IMG/VR virus record: IMGVR_UViG_3300032319_000282
Location: 1-29,329 of that record
Reading direction: 5' to 3' (one strand)
Length of the DNA stretch: 29,329 nucleotides
DNA from: a virus
Lineage: Duplodnaviria; Caudoviricetes
Below, in pieces: positions 17,053-26,900 of the stretch (its first letter is position 1; every line of letters starts with the position of its first letter). Made by a program: the position numbers and the translations under genes. The notes below the pieces were generated by a model. That model was not told where the DNA came from. It did no database searches and saw nothing but the letters and a program-made list of their open reading frames with translations.

Positions 17053-17277
17053 TTAACCATTTAATAATTGTTTAACTCCTTTCGAAGTTTCAACTTGTAC
17101 TTTTTTATTTGCCGACATCATGTGGTCTACTCTTTCAATTAAACCATCTTTCATTCTAACAGTATAACAATCTCCTGTTTCCAAATCACAAACTTCCTTA
17201 AAACCGTTACCAGTTTCTTTTTCTGTATACCTTCCTTTTTTATTTAAGTAGGTATCTAATGTATTTTTTACGTTCAT
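17053..17277 (-). CDS. Hypothetical protein (74 aa) with a CDLETGDC motif
   Basis: Intact ORF preceded by a TATTTATA box, ending 3 nt before the next start. Confidence 0.75.
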   Translation of the reverse strand: MNVKNTLDTYLNKKGRYTEKETGNGFKEVCDLETGDCYTVRMKDGLIERVDHMMSANKKVQVETSKGVKQLLNG

Positions 17278-17288
17278 AATGTTTTTAT

Positions 17289-17296
17289 TATAAATA
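17289..17296 (-). promoter_or_regulatory. TATTTATA box, putative late promoter
   Basis: Minus strand reads gaTATTTATAataaaaacattATG. Confidence 0.6.
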
Positions 17297-17325
17297 TCAT
17301 CATTTAGTTAAAATTACAAATTTTA

Positions 17326-20300
17326 TTACAACCCTAGAGTTTTTGCCAATTCTAAAGCATCTGTAACTTCTTTTAATTTTTTTGAATAATCATTCGGAAG
17401 AGATTGTTTATAATTATCAAAATAATCTTTGTTCCAACCTTTATTCCATTTTGTAAACCAAGCCCTTAAAAAAGTTTCCGGATTATTTCTATTTATACTA
17501 CTATCTATAGATATTTTTCCCCATCTAGCTTTCATCAATAAAAACATATCTTGTTTATCCTTAAACACTGCAAAAGGTATTGATACTCCGTTAATGATTT
17601 CACACAAATATTGTGATTGAAAATATTTAATACTTTCTCCAGGCCATTTAATAAATCTTTCTTCATCATTATAAAATGTTAAAAATGTCGCACCATAGTT
17701 ATTATTCCAACAATTAAAATAACTTCCATTATATGACCCTAAATAAACTGTAACAAAACTTAATAATCTAGCAATAACATCATTACCCCCTGTCGCACTT
17801 ATGTATGTTTTAATGTCACTAACCATACCCGAAACGGACAGTGTTGTTGCCGATTGTGTTGCTGGTACGTATTTTTCATAAGCTTTAATACCTGATAATA
17901 AATTAGAACAATTACTTGATACGTCAATTTCATATGTATTATCAAGAGTTGTATTAGTATTATTATTTATTGTATTTATAGTTCCGGTTGTTTGTGTTTT
18001 TGTTTTTAACTTTTCAGCAAATTCTGTTAAAATTTTTTTTGTTAGAATTTGCATATAATTTATATTGTCATCAAAAGTAAAAACACTTTGTCTAACACCC
18101 CTAAATGTTGTTTCAAAACTTCCAGGCGAAATACTATGTTTAACTTCAGTTATCATGTATGGTCCATAAAACATAGGAACATGTCTTAAATTAAAATACA
18201 TTGTAGGTTGTATCATGGCATTACCCATACATCTAACCTGTGATGTATATGACCTTGACTTATAAAAATCCCATAATCCCGCATTTTGAGTTGACCCTTT
18301 CTTACCATTAATTTGGTTAATCGTATAATCAACAGTTTTTAAAGATTCATCAGTTTCTTTACCCATATCTTGAGACACATCAAAATGATAAAAAATATTT
18401 TGGTTTCTTATTCCAATATCAACATTAAATCCAACAACTTTATTAACTTGTCCCCAATTAGTATTACTATCATACGTTTCTCTTAATGGAACAGTACTTG
18501 GTCTTTCAAAATGAAATGAATCTGAATTATATCTATTCATTTCATTTTTAGATGTATCAGTATGCTGACTTCCTACACTATTATACATACACACCATTTT
18601 TGGTGAAGATTCTCTTGTATCAACATTCAAAAAAGTACCAAATAAATTATTACCAAATGCCAAAATTGGTTCACTTTGAGGTGTCGCATTTTTCTTAACT
18701 TCATTAACATTATAAAAATTAACAAAGGCTGGTTGCATTGATACGTAAAAATTATGTTCAGTAATAATTGAACCTAACACTCCAAGTACAGTTGCACCAT
18801 CACTAAGACTATTTAAACTTAAATATTTTCTTACAATATATGGGTCAATAAATATTTTATTTCTTATATTTCTACTAGCCCTATCTAAAAATAAAAAATC
18901 ATCTAACATTGTTTTTTGTGAAAATTCGTAACCCGAAATCCATTTATCATTTAATCCTTTAAACGAATCCCATAAAGTATATTGAAGTTGTTCTGATTGA
19001 ACCGCCTTATCTGTCGGTTTTTGAGGTTGTTCCGTTATTGTTGGTAATATTTTTTGTAATTGTGTAAATAACGAATTAAAAACTAAATCACTGAATTTTT
19101 TATTATTTAATAAAAATTGATTTATTGCCGCAGTAAATTTAGTTTTATTAAATGTTGAGTCAATCTTTTTTTGTGTTGAATATATTTTTATAATTGGCGC
19201 TAATATTTTAACTGAATCTGGTGTAAATTCAATATCCATATCAATAAAAAAATCGGTAATTGTTGAGCCTGTATTTGTATATTTAACACCATCTTCATCT
19301 GAAAATCCAACATATAAAGATAGGTTGTTCCATGCTTGGGTATTTGAACTTATAAAAGAACTTAAAGGGACTGATGATGTAGTACTACTTGGTAAACTAC
19401 CAATAACATATGGATTGAAAGTTATTTTATCCTCAATTTGATTTACAGTAGAATAACTATCAAATAATTTTCTATCATACCCTGACGGATTACCATATTT
19501 TAATACAACATCATATTCTAAAAAGTTTTGAACCACATTCAAGGCATTACTAAATTGAGTTGTTTGAACTTGAGTATTAAAATCATCTGAAGATGAATAA
19601 GATTTAACTTGATTAATTGTTAATAAATTAATCATTAATAATTGAAAGTTTTTATTTTTAGAATCAACATCCTTAGGAAGTTTATCTATGATAACTTTAG
19701 TCATTGTATTATTAACACTTTGATTAACTTCATAATCATACATTGATTTTGAGAATTTCAAAAATTCATCTTCCATAACATCTAAAATTGATTTCTCAAA
19801 TGTAGAAAATATTTCCTCAAAATTAGTATAATCATCACCCAAACCTCTAATTGAAAAAGACTCTTGTTCTGACGAACCAGAATATATTTTTTTCATATAT
19901 TTTGTCGGTGACGGTATAATTAAATTTGAATTATCAAAATACCCATAGTTCGGTAAAGACCAAAATGTTCTAACGGAACCGTTAAATACCGCAGGATTTG
20001 ATGGGATTTTTATTAAAACATTACCATTATTATCAAAACATTCATTTAATGTTTGATTAAAATTATTTCCAAATGACGGTACCACATAGTCTTTTTGTTT
20101 TTTAGAATCTTGTATAGTACAGCTCCAAGTCTTTAACCTAAGAGATTCATTAGTCGACAAATTCTTATCAAAAGAGGACAATGAATTTGTATTAAACACT
20201 AAGGTAAACCCACTGTTAGTATTTAATTTATTTTGAATATCGGTATCGGTATAACCATCAAACAAATCATAACCTCTAAAAAAAACATTAAAGTCGTTAA

Positions 20301-23300
20301 TTAATTTAGGGTAAAATCCCAAATTAATTTGTGTTAAATTCGTAGTACCAACAGTTGTTGAAGTCTCTAACGGGATTAATTGAGTTGTTCCACTTATAGT
20401 TAAACTATATGATTTATTTATATTTTGTGTTATAGGGTCAAAATTTTTAACATAGTCAAAATCTTTAAATACGTTTTGCAAAATGTCAATTCCGGTATTA
20501 ACAAATGTTTTATACCGATACCAAATACTTCCGTATTTTAATACCCAAGCATATGGTATTTTATGAATAGCACCAAATTTCTTAAAGGTTGCAAAAATAT
20601 AATCCAAATCTAATGAAGACGTACCATCATATGTTTTATATTTTTCTCTTAAAGTCGCCAACGGTAAACTTTGTAGAAATAAAAAAGCAGAACTTGCGTA
20701 TGGAAAAGAATTACCTGACAACCAATTGTTAACCCCTTGTTGTATTGAATTTACAAAGTAAGGTGTATTTAATATTGATGTTGTTTGAACATCTAAAACA
20801 TTACCACTGTATGTCTTAAAATATAAACCGCCTTCTGTTGGTAGTTGATTTTTAACTTTATCATTAATTCTATCTAAATAAAATTGTCTTAAGTTACTTG
20901 GATTGGGTTGTGGTTGAGTGACACTATAAAAATTAAAATTGCTAATTGGTCTTATTTCTTTTACAGTAGTTTGTGAAGCAAAATTCGCAATCATTTTTTT
21001 ATCGTCATTAACCAATAAAGTTTTTGTTGTGTTATATATATCAGTAGAAGATGAAGTTTTACCATCAGCCAAATTAGTCTTAAACCAATCGGTTATGCCA
21101 CTAAAAGGTAGTGTATCAGTTATATTGGTAGTATTACTAGTTTTTTGTGTTAAATAATCTTTTAGTTTATCCATCTGTGTTGGTTCGGGTGAAACAATAT
21201 TTATACCAGGAGTAATATATGTTTTATCTAAAATACTAAAATTATTATCAACTTCAGATTGAATATATGGTGTTACAAAAATATCTCTTATATATTTCTG
21301 CCAACTTTCCCCAACTCCACCTAAAGAAATATTTTTCATAGTACTAATAAAGTTATTAGAATTAAATCCAAATTCTTTAAGCGTTTTTATTAAATCAGGT
21401 GAGTCTTGAGACAAAGAATTTTTTATATTAATCGCTTCTGTTTCCGCAATAAGATTACTAACACCATTTTCAGTACCAGGTCTCATTAATCTTTGATAAT
21501 TTGAATATAAATAAACTCTCTCCCAAATTTCATATAAAAATCTAACAGTTTGTTTGTTTGAATAAATTATATTGTCTGTTGGGAAATCTAAAGCATTTAT
21601 TGAAACTCTGTTGATAACTTGAGCGGAGTTTACCGACTGTCCTAAATTTTGAGTATAACTTGTGTTAATTGTCCTCGCCTTTATAAATTCTTCAACAAAT
21701 TCTATTTCAGGCCAAATGTCATACATATAACCTTTTGTTTGTTGAATATATCTAGGGTCTCCAGGATACGCCAAAGCAAATGGTTCATCATTACCCCCAT
21801 TCCTCTGAACAAAAAATTGTGGCCAAGGATAAACAGGTATTAAATTATTACCATCTTTCTGAACTGAATCTTTTGAGTCAGTAGATATCACACTTTTATT
21901 GGAATCTAGAATTGCACCTCTTCTATTAGGGTCTTCTCTAACATTCCACGCCTGATTATGAACATCAGACAACAGTCGTAAAAACGCCTCACTACTCGCA
22001 AGTATAACCGCAATAACGTTTATTAATAATGGTTTAAACCCTAACCCTTGCTTTTTGTCTTCTAATCTACTTGATAATTTTTTACTTAATTCGTTTGTTT
22101 TTTCATCTGATTTACTTGTTAAAAGATTTTTAATATTAGTAATACAATTATCAAATGAGTTTTCTCCCTCAAAAAAATACCAATATTGAACGGGGTTTCC
22201 ATTAATATAGATAACATTATTAAATTTAGAATCTAAATTTCTTCTAAATTGTTCATAATCACTGAAATTATTGGGGTCACTTGGGTCTTTGCCAGTTCTT
22301 TTTTTATAAGATTCACTTACATTTATATTATCTTTAGAAAATGGTTTAAGATATATCTTATCATATGTTATAGGATTACTGATATCCCCATATGTTGGGT
22401 TGTTTTTTAACTCTAAATTTTTTGTTTCGATTATTTTTTTTAGTTCGTCTTCAACCGCTTTAACCTCACCTCTATCAATCACCTCTGGTTTAAAGGTATA
22501 TACTTTTTTATTATCTGTACTAATGTAAAAATTATTTTTATCAATATATTTTCCAAACCATGATTCAGAAAGATACCCATTGACCTCTTTTTTATAATAA
22601 TCTAAAGTATCGGAATAGTTAGTCGCGTCTGTTATTATAGATAAATCACCATCACTAAATGTTTGTGTGATATACGCCTCAATATTTTCTAATCGAGTTA
22701 AAAGTTCTTGTACGGTCAATTCAGGAAAATCATCATCAATCAATCCTTTAGCCTTGTATTCAGAATATACTTCATGTATTTTTTGTCTACCTTTTGAAGT
22801 ATTAATATTAATAACATCACTTTTAGTTGTGTTACCCGCAGTTATACTTGAAGATTGTGCAGAACTATCATTATTTTGATTAACTGTGTATTGTTTATCA
22901 TACATAAATGGAACTGAGAATAAGTCTCTAACAGGTATGTTAGTCAAAACATTAAAAGTATATGGTAATAAAATAAGAGATACTCTGAAATTACCTGTTC
23001 CAGTGTCGAATCTAGCATTAAATGACCTTAAAAATAATTGATACGTAATCGCCTTACCAAAATACCCTTTTACTGTTAAATGAAATATGGGGTACGGGTA
23101 ATTAAAAAAAGCCGCGTAAGGTGAATTTTCACCTTGTTCAAATAAAGCTCTTCCTCTAATATCATCCATTTCAATAGAAACTGACGCAATTCCGGCCTGT
23201 TTTAATTCAATATTTATTGAACTAATTAACAATAATTCACTATCAACAATATTAGTATTCTCTTGACTAACAAAAGTTTGGTTCTTTTCTACCGTATTAT

Positions 23301-23601
23301 CAATCTTAATTCCCGTTAATGTGTTTGTATATTCATTCGTTAAATAAGACTTATTACCTGGTTTCAAAAAATTTATTGTCGCTATAGATATTTTTTGATT
23401 CTCAAAATTACCTTGATTACTTAAATTTAATCTTGTTCTTGGTATTAAAGAAGCTTCTAAATTAGCATACATAACAAGATTTTCATGTTTAACTAATCTT
23501 TCACTCACCACTCCGTTGCTACTAATAACTTTATTTGGGTCGACCAAAACAATGTTATCGTAATCTAACTCAACATAAACATTATCGTCATTATCTACCA
23601 T
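17326..23601 (-). CDS. Very large baseplate hub-like protein (gp27 / gpD-like termini with a large insertion; possible C-terminal lysozyme-fold domain)
   Basis: N-terminal LLISSINIELKQAGIASVSIEMDDIRG and C-terminal YTSQVRCMGNAMIQPTMYFNL...GPYMITEVKHSISPGSFETTFRGVR resemble the start and end of hub/VgrG-gp27 folds. Follows a gp53-like gene. Confidence 0.65.
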   Translation of the reverse strand: MVDNDDNVYVELDYDNIVLVDPNKVISSNGVVSERLVKHENLVMYANLEASLIPRTRLNLSNQGNFENQKISIATINFLKPGNKSYLTNEYTNTLTGIKIDNTVEKNQTFVSQENTNIVDSELLLISSINIELKQAGIASVSIEMDDIRGRALFEQGENSPYAAFFNYPYPIFHLTVKGYFGKAITYQLFLRSFNARFDTGTGNFRVSLILLPYTFNVLTNIPVRDLFSVPFMYDKQYTVNQNNDSSAQSSSITAGNTTKSDVININTSKGRQKIHEVYSEYKAKGLIDDDFPELTVQELLTRLENIEAYITQTFSDGDLSIITDATNYSDTLDYYKKEVNGYLSESWFGKYIDKNNFYISTDNKKVYTFKPEVIDRGEVKAVEDELKKIIETKNLELKNNPTYGDISNPITYDKIYLKPFSKDNINVSESYKKRTGKDPSDPNNFSDYEQFRRNLDSKFNNVIYINGNPVQYWYFFEGENSFDNCITNIKNLLTSKSDEKTNELSKKLSSRLEDKKQGLGFKPLLINVIAVILASSEAFLRLLSDVHNQAWNVREDPNRRGAILDSNKSVISTDSKDSVQKDGNNLIPVYPWPQFFVQRNGGNDEPFALAYPGDPRYIQQTKGYMYDIWPEIEFVEEFIKARTINTSYTQNLGQSVNSAQVINRVSINALDFPTDNIIYSNKQTVRFLYEIWERVYLYSNYQRLMRPGTENGVSNLIAETEAINIKNSLSQDSPDLIKTLKEFGFNSNNFISTMKNISLGGVGESWQKYIRDIFVTPYIQSEVDNNFSILDKTYITPGINIVSPEPTQMDKLKDYLTQKTSNTTNITDTLPFSGITDWFKTNLADGKTSSSTDIYNTTKTLLVNDDKKMIANFASQTTVKEIRPISNFNFYSVTQPQPNPSNLRQFYLDRINDKVKNQLPTEGGLYFKTYSGNVLDVQTTSILNTPYFVNSIQQGVNNWLSGNSFPYASSAFLFLQSLPLATLREKYKTYDGTSSLDLDYIFATFKKFGAIHKIPYAWVLKYGSIWYRYKTFVNTGIDILQNVFKDFDYVKNFDPITQNINKSYSLTISGTTQLIPLETSTTVGTTNLTQINLGFYPKLINDFNVFFRGYDLFDGYTDTDIQNKLNTNSGFTLVFNTNSLSSFDKNLSTNESLRLKTWSCTIQDSKKQKDYVVPSFGNNFNQTLNECFDNNGNVLIKIPSNPAVFNGSVRTFWSLPNYGYFDNSNLIIPSPTKYMKKIYSGSSEQESFSIRGLGDDYTNFEEIFSTFEKSILDVMEDEFLKFSKSMYDYEVNQSVNNTMTKVIIDKLPKDVDSKNKNFQLLMINLLTINQVKSYSSSDDFNTQVQTTQFSNALNVVQNFLEYDVVLKYGNPSGYDRKLFDSYSTVNQIEDKITFNPYVIGSLPSSTTSSVPLSSFISSNTQAWNNLSLYVGFSDEDGVKYTNTGSTITDFFIDMDIEFTPDSVKILAPIIKIYSTQKKIDSTFNKTKFTAAINQFLLNNKKFSDLVFNSLFTQLQKILPTITEQPQKPTDKAVQSEQLQYTLWDSFKGLNDKWISGYEFSQKTMLDDFLFLDRASRNIRNKIFIDPYIVRKYLSLNSLSDGATVLGVLGSIITEHNFYVSMQPAFVNFYNVNEVKKNATPQSEPILAFGNNLFGTFLNVDTRESSPKMVCMYNSVGSQHTDTSKNEMNRYNSDSFHFERPSTVPLRETYDSNTNWGQVNKVVGFNVDIGIRNQNIFYHFDVSQDMGKETDESLKTVDYTINQINGKKGSTQNAGLWDFYKSRSYTSQVRCMGNAMIQPTMYFNLRHVPMFYGPYMITEVKHSISPGSFETTFRGVRQSVFTFDDNINYMQILTKKILTEFAEKLKTKTQTTGTINTINNNTNTTLDNTYEIDVSSNCSNLLSGIKAYEKYVPATQSATTLSVSGMVSDIKTYISATGGNDVIARLLSFVTVYLGSYNGSYFNCWNNNYGATFLTFYNDEERFIKWPGESIKYFQSQYLCEIINGVSIPFAVFKDKQDMFLLMKARWGKISIDSSINRNNPETFLRAWFTKWNKGWNKDYFDNYKQSLPNDYSKKLKEVTDALELAKTLGL

Positions 23602-23914
23602 AATAGAAAAAATAATTTTTTAAATTCGCCTCATAATCTTGTACTGAGGAAGTTAATGGAAAAGGTATAATTAATAAACCACCATCAGGTATATTCCACT
23701 CTAACCCACCATATTCCGGATTTGCCAACAATATTAACCAACCAAAATAAGGACTTCCATAATATTCTTGACTAATCTTATCAAGACGACTAACATTTTT
23801 CTTATAAAAATATTTTTTATCAGATGGCTTACCAGGTACCTTAACAAATGGTACAACTGTCTGTTCCCCGTTAATTAAAAAATTAACATATCTATTAAAA
23901 TATAAATTACTCAT
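23591..23914 (-). CDS. Baseplate wedge protein, gp53 / tail X (LysM-like)
   Basis: SRLDKISQEYYGSPYFGWLILLANP...IPDGGLLIIP; TAATG overlap with the upstream gene. Confidence 0.82.
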   Translation of the reverse strand: MSNLYFNRYVNFLINGEQTVVPFVKVPGKPSDKKYFYKKNVSRLDKISQEYYGSPYFGWLILLANPEYGGLEWNIPDGGLLIIPFPLTSSVQDYEANLKNYFFYYGR

Positions 23915-26900
23915 TAGTTAAATTTAGTTTTACCGTTGAAAATTTTATTATTGGTATTAGAATTACCATCTTTATATAGATTTTTTAATCTTTCTTCTTG
24001 TACTGGAGAACCACCATTATAATTTGAAAATAAAAACTTTCTTGTCTTACCTTTAACGAAGGCATTCCATTCTTTATATTTTTTATTATAATCAGTTTCA
24101 ATTTTATTCAAAAAGAACTCTTGTTCTAAATTATATTCACTACTGTAAGTTTTTTTTCTTGAGAAATAAAATACATCAAAAACCGTTAGTGGTGTAAATC
24201 CGTTATAATTTTCATCCGCAATATCATTAGGGATAACCTTACTCCTAAAAGAATTATAACTTGTTTCATTTAAAAGTATATTACTCATCCCCGTAAAAAA
24301 TCTTTTCTCTGAATTTGTACAAACATCACAATTAGGATATATAAAATCAGGATTATAAATAAGATTAATATCATCAAAATCAAATTCATATTTAATTATA
24401 TTATTAGTTAAATAATTAACATAGAATGAAAATAATTTTGTAGAACCAGAACTATAATCATTTACCAATTCATCGTAAGTATTAACAACATTAGAACCTG
24501 TTTGTACTTCGGTTGTTGCGGTTAAATCAAAAATTTGAGCACTTTGATTAGATTTTATATAACCATCTGTTAGTGTATCAACTAAATCTAATTTAGCCAT
24601 AACGCTTACAAGATTTTGTTGGTTTTGTACCAATTCTTGAATTACTTGACTTAAAGATGAAATCATTTTTTCTTTTGCGGAATTAATTTCTCTTATTAAG
24701 TTAGTTTTAATAACATTAATTACTTTTTTCTTTGGGAAATTAAACATAAATAAAGTCGCAATAAATCTATTTCCCTCATCGGTTTTACTATTAACTCTTT
24801 CTATATCATCAATAATATTATCAAATAAATCTGTAATATTTTGTTGTATACTATCAGGTTTACCATAAATGTACATGGTAAACGGTGTTGTAAAGTCCCT
24901 AGCGTTACCTTGCGAATATTTTCTATCTAAAGAAAAAAGAGTAAATAACGGTATATTATATTGAGATATTATTTCTTTTGATTTATTAAAGAATGAATTT
25001 ATATAAGATTGTCCTGCATCATAATATGAATCCATTATTTTTTGATACGTTGTTGTTCCACTAATACCATTATTATCTACAAATCTTTCTTGTATTGTAC
25101 CAATAGTATCACCACCATTATTTTCAAGTTCTTTATTTAAGTTATTAATACCAACCACATAATCAGTATTATCTAAAATCGCTTTAACTAAATCATTATC
25201 TATCTGTTGGTAAGAATCATCCGTAGCATCTGCCCTCTCATCATACATTTCCGTATTTGCGTAGTAGTTAAATGATAAAGCATTTTGTAATTTATCGATT
25301 GGTCCTTTTAATCCCTCCCCACCTATTATTTCAAAATTTAAACTAATTTTTGCTATCATTGGTTGAACTCCAATACCTTCAGGGTTCATATCTAATAATA
25401 ATGGGTCGTATGTTATATTCATACTTTGAGGTATAATCTTAGTATTATAAAAATCACCGACTCTTAATACCAAGACAGGTGGAGCACCAAATGCCGTATT
25501 TCTAGCATCATTATAAACATCCTTACCATTTTTATCAATTGCCGGTATTGTATCGCCGGGTCTCATACATTGTTGCAAAAATGTTAATCTAGAATTTAAT
25601 CCTTCAGGTGTTATCGAGTGAAATGCTGGATTGAAAAATCTTAATTTATCTTGTAATTTATTATAAATCATACTATCAGTTTCTTTCAACAATTCAAAAT
25701 AATCACATTCAGATAATAATTTTCTTAAAACTTCTTTACTAATACCATCTTTAATTCTTTGTTGTGTGGTAATTGTATCAGGTTGTGGTTTGGAAGTCCA
25801 ATATTCAGGAGTTCCTTCTTTTCCGGGGCTAACATTTTGTTTAGATGTACTAGTTGTTTGTTTTGGGTCGGGAGTACTATATGTTATATCAGAAATTGCA
25901 ACCCTTCTGCAGGCCATCGCATTTACTGAATATCTTTTTTCAAATAAAGTCGCATTATTTGATAATTTAGTACAGTCAATACTATCCACAGGAAACCCTG
26001 AATTTGCCATGGTAGTTGCGGTATAATCTTCCCCCATCGCACCACCATTTACAATTTTTAATTGTCCATTCTGAATGTATTGAGACAAGAAACTATCCCC
26101 CGATAAGTAATTTACAACGGAGTTAATTCTTCTTGCAGATAAATTAACATTGTATTGATTTGACGCCACCGCAGACGCACTACCAACCAAAGTAATTGTA
26201 ACTAATGGTTGTGTTGTAGAATCAGGATTTTGTTTAAAATCATTAAAATATTTTTCAATATCTCTATATAAGGCATTTGTTTGTTCGTAGTTATACGTTA
26301 TTGCAGAATAAAAAAATGTTCTTACCGCATCTTTTAATTTATCCGTAGGAGCTTTCGCACTATATGAATCAATATTTTGTATATATGTGTTATACAATGT
26401 ATTCCAGTTACTTGTGGATGTTGTTGCGTAAGTATTAGGATTTGGGGTATCATTATCAAAATAATATCCAAATCCTTCATAATTCTTTAAGTTAGGTACA
26501 CTTATAGGTGTAACTATAGTATTTGTAACATCTTTAGTTTTTGGCGATTCCGCAGCAACTGCCGCAACATATTCTACTTTAGGATTGTTCTTTTTGATAG
26601 TTTCTTGTAAAACAAATAACTCATTTGGACTAATTTGATTCCATCTTCTAGCCAATTCATATATATCATATTTTAAGCATCCCGCCATAAAAGATTCTAT
26701 TATATTATCAGCGTTTGAATTATTTTGTAGTTCTTTATTAGCAATTACGTTTAGTATTGAAGGATGGTCAACAATTATTTTCCAACTTAATTGTCCAGAC
26801 CTTTTTGTACTTGTATAGGTATAAACGGGTTCAGGTCTTCCAAGAAAATCCTGTCCCTTAAACGTTGGCGAAACTGTTTCACTAAAACTAATATCATATG

